A DNA stretch of 64,000 nucleotides, taken from positions 2,170,001 through 2,234,000 of the forward strand of contig CDROCS010000506.1 in the NCBI GenBank assembly GCA_977020255.1, written 5' to 3'. This document shows positions 9,672-20,392 of the stretch, piece by piece; position 1 is the first letter of the stretch, and each line of letters opens with the position of its first letter. The DNA is from Obrimoposthia wandeli (taxonomy: Eukaryota). The position numbers were made by a program, and so were the translations under genes. The notes under the pieces are model-generated. The model was given only the letters and a program-made list of their open reading frames with translations, was not told the origin of the DNA and ran no database searches.

Positions 9672-10346
9672 ATGTTAGCGCTACCTATGTGGCTACAGGG
9701 AGTTATTTTGATATTACGATCAATCGTCGCGCTTATGTGTCTGTTCAGCTCATTCGCTTATTCTGCTGTATTCAAATCAGAGAATACTGCGTTATTAAGA
9801 GAGTGGTTAGGGGGGATTCATCAATCAACTAACGATATTATTCAGGGCCGCAGAGTTAATATCGGCCTGCAAATATTACCTATTTGGCAAGACCGTATTG
9901 ATGGTGAATGGCTGTATATTGAAAGTCGTATTGTTGACTCGCCAAACAAGCCATTCCGCCAGCGTATTTTGCAACTTGTTGCTACACCCAACGGTTTAAT
10001 TCGTTTATACAGTTACACTATCCCACGTGCATCTGATTTTGCTGGTGCTTATTATTTCCCGCAAGTATTAGCTAGCTTGACTCAGTCTCAGCTTAGTATC
10101 AGTAATAACTGTGAGTTACTTATTGAGTTAAAAGTGACGAGTACTTTTGTCGGAGAAACGGATGCTGATTCTTGTTTATCACGTAAAGGCAGGGCATTGT
10201 TAACAACGTTTTTCGCGGTATCAGAAGTGAATATTTCATTTTTAGATGGCGGTTATGACAAGTTTGGCAATTTACTACCAGGTCGACTCGAAGAGCCTGT
10301 CACATTTTTAAAGTTAGAAGATTATACCTCGCGTGAGGATAATTAA
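9672..10346 (+). CDS. CpcT/CpeT-like (bilin lyase fold) protein with a signal-peptide-like N-terminus; start uncertain
   Basis: PIW.DR.DG.WLY.E....P.KP.RQR motif typical of CpcT/CpeT; SSFAYS-A resembles a signal peptidase site. Confidence 0.6.
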   Translation: MLALPMWLQGVILILRSIVALMCLFSSFAYSAVFKSENTALLREWLGGIHQSTNDIIQGRRVNIGLQILPIWQDRIDGEWLYIESRIVDSPNKPFRQRILQLVATPNGLIRLYSYTIPRASDFAGAYYFPQVLASLTQSQLSISNNCELLIELKVTSTFVGETDADSCLSRKGRALLTTFFAVSEVNISFLDGGYDKFGNLLPGRLEEPVTFLKLEDYTSREDN

Positions 10347-10370
10347 TAACACTAACACTAACACTAACAC
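10347..10370. repeat. Hexanucleotide tandem repeat (TAACAC)4
   Basis: Four exact copies directly after the stop codon. Confidence 0.9.
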
Positions 10371-10371
10371 C

Positions 10372-10440
10372 CATACCAACATCAACAACCAGTCATACTT
10401 ATAATAAGATGACCTTGGGTGCTGATGCAGATGTTGATAC
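10372..10440. repeat. Imperfect long hairpin between convergent genes
   Basis: caacatc/gatgttg outer arms; gtcat-a-cttat-a-ataag-atgac inner stem followed by cttgggt. Confidence 0.5.
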
Positions 10441-10488
10441 CTATGTTGATAATAGAATAGATATTTTCATACCTATTTTTACGCGTTA

Positions 10489-11394
10489 TTAAGGTTTTAA
10501 TTTAGCCCGTTGATGACGGTTATTCTTAAAACCATCAATGCTAAATACTACAAGTGCAGCCCAAATAAAGCCAAATGTCATCAGTGTTTCTGCATTGACC
10601 ACTTCATCATATAGCGTCACACCCAGAATAAAGATCAATGTTGGACCAATATACTGGAAGAAGCCTAACGTTGATAACGGTAAGCGTACGGCAGCATGAT
10701 TAAAGCATAATAGCGGTATTGTCGTGACAAAAGCAGCACTGAGTAACAGTAAGTTAAGGTGCATGCTGTTGGCGCTTAGATCCGATGTCGCAGAGTCTGC
10801 GAAGATGAACAAATACGTGGCCGCGATAGGTAACATGATAATGGTTTCAATCAACAGACCAACCAGTGCATTGAGTTTTAACTTTTTACGCAGTAACCCA
10901 TAAAAACCAAAGCTACAACTTAATACTAACGCCACCCAAGGCAGGTACCCTAGTGCAACGATTTGAATTAAAATGCCGACAACCGCTAATAATATCGCTG
11001 CCCACTGCAATTTACGTAATCTCTCAGATAAAAAAATCATCCCCAGAAACACGTTAATAATCGGGTTAATAAAATAGCCTAAACTGGCATCGAGTAGATG
11101 ACCGTTATTCACCGCCCAAATATAAGTTAACCAGTTAATACTGATTAGAAAGGAAGTGCAAAGCAGCAATAACACATTCTTAGGCACGGATAATACCGAT
11201 TTTACCATGGGCCATAATTTAAATAGGCTAAGTAATACAGCGATAAAGATACAAGACCATAATGCGCGATGGGCTAGAATTTCATAAGCTGGAACTTGTT
11301 GTAACTGTTTAAAGTAGAGTGGAGCCATGCCCCACATTACATACGCGAGAACGGCGAATATTATCCCGTGCTTAGTATCATTATTGGTTGTCAT
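10489..11394 (-). CDS. rarD: EamA-family transporter RarD
   Basis: AYVMWG..PLYFK, EIL.HR..WS, NW..YIWAVN, ASLGYFINP, GFFQYIGPT. Confidence 0.92.
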   Translation of the reverse strand: MTTNNDTKHGIIFAVLAYVMWGMAPLYFKQLQQVPAYEILAHRALWSCIFIAVLLSLFKLWPMVKSVLSVPKNVLLLLCTSFLISINWLTYIWAVNNGHLLDASLGYFINPIINVFLGMIFLSERLRKLQWAAILLAVVGILIQIVALGYLPWVALVLSCSFGFYGLLRKKLKLNALVGLLIETIIMLPIAATYLFIFADSATSDLSANSMHLNLLLLSAAFVTTIPLLCFNHAAVRLPLSTLGFFQYIGPTLIFILGVTLYDEVVNAETLMTFGFIWAALVVFSIDGFKNNRHQRAKLKP

Positions 11395-11490
11395 TGGTTA
11401 TGCCAGCGATTTTTATAGGAATAAATAGGTCGGCTAGCATAACAATGATGGATAATCAGGGATAGTGATATTAATAATGTTTATGATTGG

Positions 11491-11979
11491 CTAGCCAACT
11501 AAATAGGTGCCAGTACCAAAAGCGATGTGTACGCCTTCTTGATTGTGCAATTCCATCCGCGTGACAGCGACTTTATTACCGGAACGGATAATTTGGGCGG
11601 TAGCGGTAAACTCATCACCCCAACCAGGACGTAAATAGTCGACGCGTAAGTCGATAGTGCCCAGTGATTTCAGGTTTTTATGGAAGTTGGCAGCACTCTT
11701 GGTCGCCATTTGTGGAATGGCAGCGGCGGCGACTAACATGCCGCCAGCGACATCAAGCAAACTTGCGGTTACGCCACCGTGGAGTATTTTACGAATCGGG
11801 TTACCAATCAGCTTATCATCCATGTTGATACGTAACTCGATACTGTCAGTGGTGTAACTGGTGATCCGCATACCCAGTAAATCATTAAATGGCATTTGGT
11901 TCATGAACATATCGCTGATGAAATCAAGCATTTGCTGTTCAGTGAGTTCTTGGTCAATTACATCTTGCTCGGTCATCAT
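11491..11979 (-). CDS. yigI: Hotdog-fold acyl-CoA thioesterase YigI; start 11979 or 11985
   Basis: MPFN.LLG, LIGNP...ILHGGV, TIDLRVDYLRPG, GNKVAV.RMELHN. Confidence 0.85.
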   Translation of the reverse strand: MMTEQDVIDQELTEQQMLDFISDMFMNQMPFNDLLGMRITSYTTDSIELRINMDDKLIGNPIRKILHGGVTASLLDVAGGMLVAAAAIPQMATKSAANFHKNLKSLGTIDLRVDYLRPGWGDEFTATAQIIRSGNKVAVTRMELHNQEGVHIAFGTGTYLVG

Positions 11980-12100
11980 GTGCATGCATCCTGCTTAAGC
12001 TTGGTGGTTAATTCGTTTGTCACTAAATTACTGAGTTACGTTAAGGTAACTCAGTTTGGCAGCGAATACACCTGAAATTGTCTATTCGCTTAGTTTTATT

Positions 12101-14278
12101 TTATGTTGTGGGCTGTTCTGGGATCAAAATAACACCTTGATAACCAGTAAGCGTAATACTGTCGGTAACTTCACCTAGGCTGCCATCGGCATTTAGTCTG
12201 CGGTATTGACCGGGTAATTTAACGGTTTTTGTTGCTTGCTGACTGAATGTTTTATTTTGACCATTTCGGTCTGTGTAATAGAGGATTAACCCTTGTTGAT
12301 ATTGTCGTGCGATCACAGCTTCTAGCGGTACCGCATTTTGCCATGGCAGCGTAAGAGGGGGTTTGCGGTAGAGATAAAACCAATGGCTTGGAGTGATTGT
12401 TAATGTTTGCTTATTCAGGGTGAGCTGCGCATCGCTGCTTAATGCCAGTGGCTTATTGGCTTTATCTAGATACTCAACGGCAGGGTAATTAACGGGTGCT
12501 GAAATTGGTTTGCCAAGGTCCTGTTGTAGCATCGCAGTTGGTTGATAAGCCACATTGTTAGGAATACCGGGTTGGTAGTAATTATCTTTACGGGTATTTT
12601 TACTGGAGTAATAGAAACTATGATTCCATTGCTGATAAAAATCTAATTTTGGATTATTTAGCAGGTAAAATATAGCCAGGTTAGTCGTCTGGTCATGTTG
12701 CCAGTTTACCTTACTATCTCCTTGCCAGCGTACCTTTCCACCTTTTCGCATATGCGCCATTAATACACTGCGTTTACCTTGGGCACTTAATACAAAGTGC
12801 TCCCAGCGTTGTAGTAATCCACGTTGTTGAGATAATCCGAGACTGGGATGGATATAATCTTCTCGGACAAAGAAATTAAAACCATCGGTTAAAGGCTGTA
12901 AGCCGGGTTCAGTGAACAGGTTTAAATCTGATATGTTGGCGCCAATCCAAGCTTGTTGATTAGTTTTTTGTAAACCGCTATTAAAAGTACTGAGGCTTTG
13001 CCAATAAAATTTACCTGCTTGGCGAACTGGATATTGCAGTTCGAGTACCTTTCCGCCCTTCGTCGTCGGAAATTGGCTGCTGTTGGGAACGCGAAATAGG
13101 GAATCGTTATAAGCACCTTGATAACCTTGTTGTTGCCAGTGCTGCTGTAAATAATTGTTTAACAAGGTACGGTTTTCAGCTGAGAATAAGTTTGTATAAC
13201 ACAGTGCAGATCTTTCATCCCACATTCTGCCTAATGGTATCAATCGGGCTTGATACGGTAAACGTGCGCTGGCATTAGGGTTTAAGCGTTGTTGGTATTC
13301 ACGATCATCAATGTAGCCATCGTGATTATTATCGTTAAGCGGATCCCAACCGGGGATAGTGACATAGTGCTTATTTGATATCTGGCTAAACTGATACCAA
13401 CTCGGTAAACGCAGTTTGGTCAGCGTTACATCACTGGTTAGATTGTTAAGGGTTATTTTAAAAACAAAAAAACGCGCGTTTTTGATGTTTAGTTGGCCAC
13501 CTAACTGCTTGCTGAGTGGCGCTGAAATAGCGACTCTAGGCCAATTTTTTGGCTGTGACCAACGGTTGTTTAATGTTATTGATAACGGTTGTGTTAATAG
13601 CGGTTGCCAGCCGTACTCCAATGTATTGTAGGAGATATCCTGGGTGGCATAAGAAATGGTTATACTGGCGGCTGCTAATTGTTGACCACTGAACTCAATA
13701 TCCAGCCCGGTTAATTTTTCGGATGAAAAGAGATATAAGGTTTGGTTATTTTGTAATGCTAACTCTTGTTGCATGGGCATGCTAATACGTTTTATTTTCC
13801 CTTGTGTGGTGACCGTCGAAACTTGCTGGACAGCAACAAACTCGGGTATGCCGTAGAGTGGGGTATGAGATCCGTGAAGGTTGTTGGGTATTTCAAATTG
13901 GGTATCATGCTGAAAGTGTAGAAATAGTGATTCATAATCTTGCTTTTTTTCGGTTATCCAATAACGCAGTTGTTGTTCTTTAGCCCCCATCTGCCAATCC
14001 AGCTTTTGGCTGTACATATAACCTAGTTGAGTGATTTTTTTAGCTTGGTATTGGTCATAGCTACCACCAATACTGATGTCAGCATGGTCATCTTCCCATT
14101 GTGATACGGCACTAGTAGAGCTAAATTGTTGCTGCCATTGCGGAGCTGTTGCGGCTTGCTGTTGACCGTTTATCACCCACGCGGTCCCTGCGGAAGGGTA
14201 TACCTGGGCGACTGCGCTGGATATTGAAACAATGAATATCATTAGCCCCACGCAGTTGCCGACAATCGCGTTATACAT
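12101..14278 (-). CDS. Exported 725-aa protein, putative glycoside-hydrolase-like (GHL15-type C-terminus)
   Basis: Signal-peptide-like N-terminus; C-terminal ARQYQQGLILY...TVKLPGQYRRLNADGSL...ITLTGYQGVIL resembles hypothetical glycosyl hydrolase family 15; DxDxDG-like Ca loop DNNHDGYID. Confidence 0.5.
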   Translation of the reverse strand: MYNAIVGNCVGLMIFIVSISSAVAQVYPSAGTAWVINGQQQAATAPQWQQQFSSTSAVSQWEDDHADISIGGSYDQYQAKKITQLGYMYSQKLDWQMGAKEQQLRYWITEKKQDYESLFLHFQHDTQFEIPNNLHGSHTPLYGIPEFVAVQQVSTVTTQGKIKRISMPMQQELALQNNQTLYLFSSEKLTGLDIEFSGQQLAAASITISYATQDISYNTLEYGWQPLLTQPLSITLNNRWSQPKNWPRVAISAPLSKQLGGQLNIKNARFFVFKITLNNLTSDVTLTKLRLPSWYQFSQISNKHYVTIPGWDPLNDNNHDGYIDDREYQQRLNPNASARLPYQARLIPLGRMWDERSALCYTNLFSAENRTLLNNYLQQHWQQQGYQGAYNDSLFRVPNSSQFPTTKGGKVLELQYPVRQAGKFYWQSLSTFNSGLQKTNQQAWIGANISDLNLFTEPGLQPLTDGFNFFVREDYIHPSLGLSQQRGLLQRWEHFVLSAQGKRSVLMAHMRKGGKVRWQGDSKVNWQHDQTTNLAIFYLLNNPKLDFYQQWNHSFYYSSKNTRKDNYYQPGIPNNVAYQPTAMLQQDLGKPISAPVNYPAVEYLDKANKPLALSSDAQLTLNKQTLTITPSHWFYLYRKPPLTLPWQNAVPLEAVIARQYQQGLILYYTDRNGQNKTFSQQATKTVKLPGQYRRLNADGSLGEVTDSITLTGYQGVILIPEQPTT

Positions 14279-14951
14279 AGATCATATGCCTTACCCCATT
14301 GACGTATTTTGAGTGTCGCGATGGGTTGAGTGGACAATGGCTAACTAACTCACTGAGTAGGCGTTCGTGTTGGTCTTGGCATTTTAATTCCAGCAATACA
14401 TAGTCGCCCATTTTTCGTGAGCGGGTGGTATTGGGTTTACTCCAATAGCGTTGATCGTATACTTCCATATTACTATCGAGCGTTGCGCGTATGCGGCCAC
14501 AAAAACTGACCAAGTACTGGCGCTTATAGCGGCCGAGTAATATGGGATAAGTTTGGCTATCCCATTCTGACAGAGCTTGCAGCGATAATTGTGATTGGCA
14601 GTGTTTAATATGTTCTGACCAAGTGATATTGGGATCATCAAAGTTCAACTGTAAAGGATAAATAACTTTGCAGCCTTTACCGCTGCGGCGTTGTTTAAAT
14701 TCTAACTGGGCTTTACCCGCGTTAGTAATATCGTGATACCAACGTATACGCATTTTGTTACGGTTACTTATGCCTGTGAGGTTTTCAGCAAAGCACGCCA
14801 TTTGGTGACTATCAAAATACACGCTATTCACATGTTGGTCTGGGTGATGTTGACGAAACCCCATCGATGACAGCCTTAACCAAGACAGCATATACTCTAA
14901 ACGGTTAAGCGGGATTGGTATTTTAATTTCAAAGCGATAGTCTGGGGTCAT
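14271..14951 (-). CDS. VTC-domain (CYTH/triphosphate tunnel) polyphosphate-polymerase-like protein
   Basis: RFEIK, SVYFD, RNKMRIRWY, LEFKQR, YKRQY, RATLD, LELK, SKY motifs. Confidence 0.8.
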   Translation of the reverse strand: MTPDYRFEIKIPIPLNRLEYMLSWLRLSSMGFRQHHPDQHVNSVYFDSHQMACFAENLTGISNRNKMRIRWYHDITNAGKAQLEFKQRRSGKGCKVIYPLQLNFDDPNITWSEHIKHCQSQLSLQALSEWDSQTYPILLGRYKRQYLVSFCGRIRATLDSNMEVYDQRYWSKPNTTRSRKMGDYVLLELKCQDQHERLLSELVSHCPLNPSRHSKYVNGVRHMIYV

Positions 14952-17563
14952 TTTGGTTTGTCCGAGCGCATGGAGCTAGTGTAAAGTTTCTTCACGTTTA
15001 ATTTCTTCGCCGTCTGTTGCTGGCCATCTAAAACCAGTACGTTATTTTTTTGCAGCATGCTGATGTTACTGCAGTTATGACAGCTAAAGTTAGATGCTTG
15101 CAGGTTGGCACCACCAAAGAAGGGCTTCTTCATATAAGCCATGAACAGGTAATGTTTAATATCGACACCAGATACATTATCAGCAACTACCCGTGAACCA
15201 TCTTTGGCGACAATACCAAACGCCGCGCTATTCACTTGGATATTGGCAGCATCGACATCACTGTGTTCTCCGGCTGAAATGGCTTTGTCACGGATCTGAC
15301 TAAATTGACTATTGCGTACTATGATGCGAGAGCCACTAATATCGATAGCGTCCCCTCCCGATCTAACGCCCACCGTATTGAATTGACTGTCACTGATCTT
15401 GCCCTGACAAAAATCACAATCAAAACCATCGGAGTAAGCATTCTCGATGCTTAACTTGGTTAAATTAAAGGTACTGTTGATCATGTTCAGTGAATCTTCA
15501 GAGCGATTGTCACGTAGGGTGATATCACTAGCATTAAGATCCACATCGTACATGTATAAGGCGCCTCTTGGTTGCCAGTTGCCTTGTTTAGGACTAGCGC
15601 TTTTTGCCATATCTAAATGTTGGACTGTTGATTTACTGCCCGAACCGAATACCGCAATACCTTGCCATGTTTTTTTACTACTTGCGGTTAGGGTTACTGG
15701 CTGTTGCGCGCTACCTTCGATATCAAGTTGGCCAAAAATCAGTAAGCCTGCACGTTTACTAAAGCTGATGTTGGTATTGGCGGGTATAAATACCCGTGTA
15801 TCGGCGGGCGTGATCAGGTAATCATTTATTTGCCAGTCACCGGGTTTAAAATACCAACCATCCTGTTGTCTTTGGATAAAGTCATAAGCAGCCAGTACAT
15901 CGGCTTCTTGTTGCATTGGTAATGGACGCGGTAGGAAGCTAGTGGCTGATTCACCCAGTTGGAAACGATATGTTTGTAGTTTTTTGTCACCCTGACGACT
16001 AAGTAATTTAATGCTGTAGGCATCATCATGATCAATAATCAAACTGCCGTCGGTTTGATTAGCGGCGAGGGTAAAGGGTAACTCAGGTGCATCCGCTAAA
16101 CTAATTTCACTGCCCCATTTATCACTGACAATTAAATCGATGATCGAGACAGGTGCTTGGTTATTATTATGTAATTGCAGTTGTTTTTGATTATTGCTAT
16201 AGCGGAATTTACTCGCTAAATCCCAAGGTAGCTCGGCACTAAAGCTATCGACATGACGGTGCCATGCGCTTGGCATTGTCGGTAAATCACGACAACCTTG
16301 CGCTAAACACTGTGCGTGCGCAGTTAAACTATCAAAGCTATACCCTTGCAGTAGTGGTGAACCATGCTGCATTTTTTTGAGTACTTGCTGTTGTAGTACA
16401 GCTAGCTGTTCGGGTAGTTGCTTGCTATTGACTAACGTGAGTAAATGATTGAGTGCCTGATTGTATTGGTCTTTGACTTTATTATCAGCAAGCATGGCTT
16501 TAATCAGTGGGAATTGGTCACTGACGGGCTGTAATAAAATTTTATCAGGTACCGGAGATAATGCTTCATCACTTTGGATCGGTTCAAGTTTAGCTGTATG
16601 CGGGTTGTAGTAAAAACGTAAGTTATTCCAACTAAAGGCATGCCAGGCAGACCAGAGATCGACGGTCGCTATGTATTGGCCTAGCTTGCGGCTATCAAAG
16701 ACATCGGATGCACTGCGACGACCATTGAGAAAGTCACTGAGTAAGGTGAGTGCGATCTTGCGCTGCTGATTTAGGCTTGGATTATTGATGGCATCACTTT
16801 GTTGAAATACTTTAGGACGGAAGACCTTATGTAGTTGGTTATTTTTTTCATTAAGCGTGGCTTGTTCTAATTTAACAATCAGGCCTTCGGTACGGTTGTT
16901 ATTGGCGAGTAATTCTTTGGCAAATACTTCTTCCAATAACATTAAACCCCATGGTGTTCCGTTCACGGTGAGATTCACCGGGATATGTTGCGGGGAAATA
17001 ATATCGAAGCCAGCGATGTCTAAGGTTTTACTAAATAACAAGGGCGCGTGATTACCACGTACATTAGGGCTGAGTAGGGCAAATCTTTTTACTTTTAGTA
17101 GACTGCTTTTACCTTTTAATTCGACCCGTAACGACCAACGCTGTGGTCCTGCTACATGATCGAGTAAATCACCTTGTAGGCGCACTTTGGCGTTGTATTT
17201 ATTTTCTTCATAGCTAACGCTGGCTTTTACTTCAGCGCGACGTTCAGGGATCTGACCTTGTTGTAATGCTTGTTTGCGATCGGCAACTATGCGCATCCAA
17301 TCTTGATATTTAATGTCTAGTTGTAACTGAGGAATATCAGTATCGGCATTTAGGTATCTCATTGGCGCATCAATTAGCGCATCGATTAATTGAGCTTGTT
17401 TCGCGCTGTTATCAGTACTGTGAGCGACAAAGCCATGCTCAACCAACATGTTTTTAATACTACTTGGTGATGGCGTGACAAAGAATAAAACCAGTAATAT
17501 CCCGCCAATCGTATACCAGCGGTCACGTTTAGCAAACCGCGACCGGTTCTCGGATAGGATCAT
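14948..17563 (-). CDS. Membrane-anchored CotH-kinase-family protein with a C-terminal right-handed beta-helix
   Basis: N-terminal TM; KVRLQGDLLDH...RWSLRV, VNG.PWGLM.LEE, WHAFSWNNLRFYYNP.T.KLEPI..D; beta-helix repeats SEDSLN, DGFDCD, GDAIDISGS, DKAISAGE. Confidence 0.7.
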   Translation of the reverse strand: MILSENRSRFAKRDRWYTIGGILLVLFFVTPSPSSIKNMLVEHGFVAHSTDNSAKQAQLIDALIDAPMRYLNADTDIPQLQLDIKYQDWMRIVADRKQALQQGQIPERRAEVKASVSYEENKYNAKVRLQGDLLDHVAGPQRWSLRVELKGKSSLLKVKRFALLSPNVRGNHAPLLFSKTLDIAGFDIISPQHIPVNLTVNGTPWGLMLLEEVFAKELLANNNRTEGLIVKLEQATLNEKNNQLHKVFRPKVFQQSDAINNPSLNQQRKIALTLLSDFLNGRRSASDVFDSRKLGQYIATVDLWSAWHAFSWNNLRFYYNPHTAKLEPIQSDEALSPVPDKILLQPVSDQFPLIKAMLADNKVKDQYNQALNHLLTLVNSKQLPEQLAVLQQQVLKKMQHGSPLLQGYSFDSLTAHAQCLAQGCRDLPTMPSAWHRHVDSFSAELPWDLASKFRYSNNQKQLQLHNNNQAPVSIIDLIVSDKWGSEISLADAPELPFTLAANQTDGSLIIDHDDAYSIKLLSRQGDKKLQTYRFQLGESATSFLPRPLPMQQEADVLAAYDFIQRQQDGWYFKPGDWQINDYLITPADTRVFIPANTNISFSKRAGLLIFGQLDIEGSAQQPVTLTASSKKTWQGIAVFGSGSKSTVQHLDMAKSASPKQGNWQPRGALYMYDVDLNASDITLRDNRSEDSLNMINSTFNLTKLSIENAYSDGFDCDFCQGKISDSQFNTVGVRSGGDAIDISGSRIIVRNSQFSQIRDKAISAGEHSDVDAANIQVNSAAFGIVAKDGSRVVADNVSGVDIKHYLFMAYMKKPFFGGANLQASNFSCHNCSNISMLQKNNVLVLDGQQQTAKKLNVKKLYTSSMRSDKPK

Positions 17564-17565
17564 AG

Positions 17566-18288
17566 TTACACTCCAGCAATATTATGTTGCTCGAGTAATG
17601 ATAACGATACGCCGGGATAGTGGACTTTTAACGCTTCAAACAAGTTATCTAAATGCTCACTGTTGGCGAACGAAATGAAGAAAGTGGCTTCAATTAGTTT
17701 TTGTTCATGGTCGTACCGTCGTAGATCGCTGCGGGTGGTATGTTTGGTAAATATTTCTTGTAGTTCACTGATACTGATTTCATTCTCACCTTCATGTTGG
17801 TGGCGTAATGATAAGAAAATACCTTTTTCACCATGATGCTCTGTTTTCGAGTGTTTGATAAAACTCACTAATATTAATGTGGTAATACAAGCTGAAATGG
17901 CTGCGATGGTTTGTCCTGCGCCAAGGGCAACAGCGATACCAATATTTAAAAATAAATAAAGCAGTTCTTCAGGCTCTTTAATTGGGGTTCGGAAACGGAC
18001 GATTGATAATGCCCCTACAAGACCGAGAGCCAGTGCCAGAGACGCTTTTACAATCGAAATAATAAGGATCACAGTCAACATCAGTAGCGGAAATAAACGG
18101 GAGAAATCTTGGCGATTACAAAACGAAGAGGCGAAATAGCGAAAGTGTGCACCAATAACCCAAGACAGGGCAAAACCTATGACTAAGTTGAGTAACAAAG
18201 GCGCAAGCATGACACTGGCATAAGGGAAGAACATATCCTGAACTTCATTCGGTAAAAATGCCGCTATAGCTGGATTAACTGGTTCCAC
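17566..18288 (-). CDS. DUF4956-family membrane protein (MgtC-like TM bundle plus ACT-like C-terminus)
   Basis: SLALALGLVGALSIVRFRTPIKEPEE signature; GTG start with AAGGAG SD. Confidence 0.85.
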   Translation of the reverse strand: MEPVNPAIAAFLPNEVQDMFFPYASVMLAPLLLNLVIGFALSWVIGAHFRYFASSFCNRQDFSRLFPLLMLTVILIISIVKASLALALGLVGALSIVRFRTPIKEPEELLYLFLNIGIAVALGAGQTIAAISACITTLILVSFIKHSKTEHHGEKGIFLSLRHQHEGENEISISELQEIFTKHTTRSDLRRYDHEQKLIEATFFISFANSEHLDNLFEALKVHYPGVSLSLLEQHNIAGV

Positions 18289-18531
18289 AATAGACTCTCC
18301 TTGTATGTGGGTTAAGCATAAATATAACTATTTTTTATGCTGTTATGATTAAGTGTAGGCAATATTTATTCGATTGGAGAGGCTGTTAATATTGTTTGTA
18401 TAAATTTTGTTGTGGTTAGAGTTTGTTTACTACCTCGATAACCTGTTAAAATTACCGATTGCGTTATTTACAGCATTACCGCTATTTAGAGCATAGTCCT
18501 AAACGACTACTCAAACTGAGATCGAATCATC

Positions 18532-20352
18532 ATGACTGCAACCGTTTCTACCCTGCCATCCGCGCAACAAGTGCTTGAAAGTGTTTTTGGTTATCAACAA
18601 TTCCGCATGGGTCAGGAAGAGGTGATCGCACATGCGGTTGCTGGTCTCGACAGTTTGGTCATCATGCCTACTGGTGGCGGTAAATCATTATGCTATCAAG
18701 TGCCCGCATTGGTGCGTGGTGGTTTAACCATCGTACTGAGCCCACTTATTTCCTTGATGAAAGATCAGGTCGATGCCTTACGTGCCAGCGGTGTCTCGGC
18801 TGCGTATATGAATTCGAGCTTGGCACGTCAAGAATCAGCTCAAATCTATCAGGATCTACAGAACAACCGTTTACAGGTATTGTATTTATCACCTGAGCGT
18901 TTGATGGTGGGGGATTTTTTACAATACCTACAGCAGTTTCCTATCAGCTTGTTTGCCATTGATGAAGCGCATTGTATTTCCTCTTGGGGTCATGATTTTA
19001 GACCTGAATACAATCAATTAGGTAAGTTGAAACAACTGTTTCCTAATGTACCTATGATGGCATTAACGGCCACGGCTGATGATGCAACGCGGTTAGATAT
19101 TCTTAATCAATTGCAAATGCATGAGCCAAAAGTGAGTATGTCGAGTTTTGATAGACCGAATATTCGTTACTCGTTGGTGGAAAAGTTTAAAGCCTTAGAT
19201 CAATTGAAGCGTTATGTAAAACAGCAAGATGGCGTCAGTGGTATCGTTTATTGCACCAGTCGTAAACGGGTAGAAGAAGTCGCGGAAGGCTTAAGCCGTG
19301 CTGGCTTTGATGCTAAACCTTATCATGCTGGGTTATCGCAGCAAGAACGCCAAGATACCCAAGAAACCTTCATTCGTGATGAACTTGATATTGTCGTGGC
19401 AACCGTCGCTTTTGGTATGGGTATCAATAAACCCAATGTGCGCTTTGTGGTGCATTATGATCTGCCGAAAAATATCGAATCGTATTATCAAGAAACCGGT
19501 CGTGCAGGGCGTGATGGTTTACCTGCAGAAGCGTTATTGATGTTTGATCCAGCCGACATAATGCGTGTGCGTTATATGGTTGAGCAAACTGAAAATGAAC
19601 AGCAACAACGTGTTGAAATGCACAAGCTTAATACCATGGTGGCCTTTGCTGAAGCGCAGACTTGCCGTCGTCAGGTACTACTGAATTATTTTGGTGAATT
19701 TAATGATAGAGCGTGTGGTAACTGCGATATTTGTTTAGATCCGCCAAAACGTTATGACGGCGCTGAAGATGCAAAAATGGCATTGTCGTGTGTATACCGC
19801 GTTGGCCAAGCATTTGGTATGGCCTATGTTGTCGATGTCTTAAGAGGCTCGCAAAATCAACGGGTGAAAGAACGTGGTCACGATAAATTGTCGACGTTTG
19901 GTATTGGTAAGGCAAAATCACAAGAACATTGGTTAAGTGTTCTGCGTCAATTAGTCCATAGCGGATTATTATTGCAAAACATTACCCGTAGCTCGGTATT
20001 GCAGTTAACCGAAGCCGCGCGCCCGGTGTTACGTGGTGAGCAGGCATTGGAGTTAGCCGAGCCACGCTTACAACCTATGACCAATGTGGATAAAGCGCCA
20101 AAACGCAGCAGCCGTATCGCTAATTTTAATTATGATCGTAAACTCTTTGCTGCTTTGCGTAAGTTACGTAAAGACATTGCTGACAGTGAAAATATTCCGC
20201 CGTATGTGGTGTTTAATGACGCGTCATTAGCTGAAATGGCAGAGATAAAACCACAAAATGAAGCGGAAATGTTAGATATCAATGGTGTTGGTCACGTTAA
20301 ATTAGAACGTTTTGGCCGTCAATTTCTAACTAAAATAGCCGCTTACGATTAA
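18532..20352 (+). CDS. recQ: ATP-dependent DNA helicase RecQ
   Basis: [36 protein letters not shown], Zn-binding Cys, RQC and HRDC regions. Confidence 0.97.
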   Translation: MTATVSTLPSAQQVLESVFGYQQFRMGQEEVIAHAVAGLDSLVIMPTGGGKSLCYQVPALVRGGLTIVLSPLISLMKDQVDALRASGVSAAYMNSSLARQESAQIYQDLQNNRLQVLYLSPERLMVGDFLQYLQQFPISLFAIDEAHCISSWGHDFRPEYNQLGKLKQLFPNVPMMALTATADDATRLDILNQLQMHEPKVSMSSFDRPNIRYSLVEKFKALDQLKRYVKQQDGVSGIVYCTSRKRVEEVAEGLSRAGFDAKPYHAGLSQQERQDTQETFIRDELDIVVATVAFGMGINKPNVRFVVHYDLPKNIESYYQETGRAGRDGLPAEALLMFDPADIMRVRYMVEQTENEQQQRVEMHKLNTMVAFAEAQTCRRQVLLNYFGEFNDRACGNCDICLDPPKRYDGAEDAKMALSCVYRVGQAFGMAYVVDVLRGSQNQRVKERGHDKLSTFGIGKAKSQEHWLSVLRQLVHSGLLLQNITRSSVLQLTEAARPVLRGEQALELAEPRLQPMTNVDKAPKRSSRIANFNYDRKLFAALRKLRKDIADSENIPPYVVFNDASLAEMAEIKPQNEAEMLDINGVGHVKLERFGRQFLTKIAAYD

Positions 20353-20392
20353 CCGTGAACATTGTAGAGCAAACGTATTTAAGGATAAAAAC

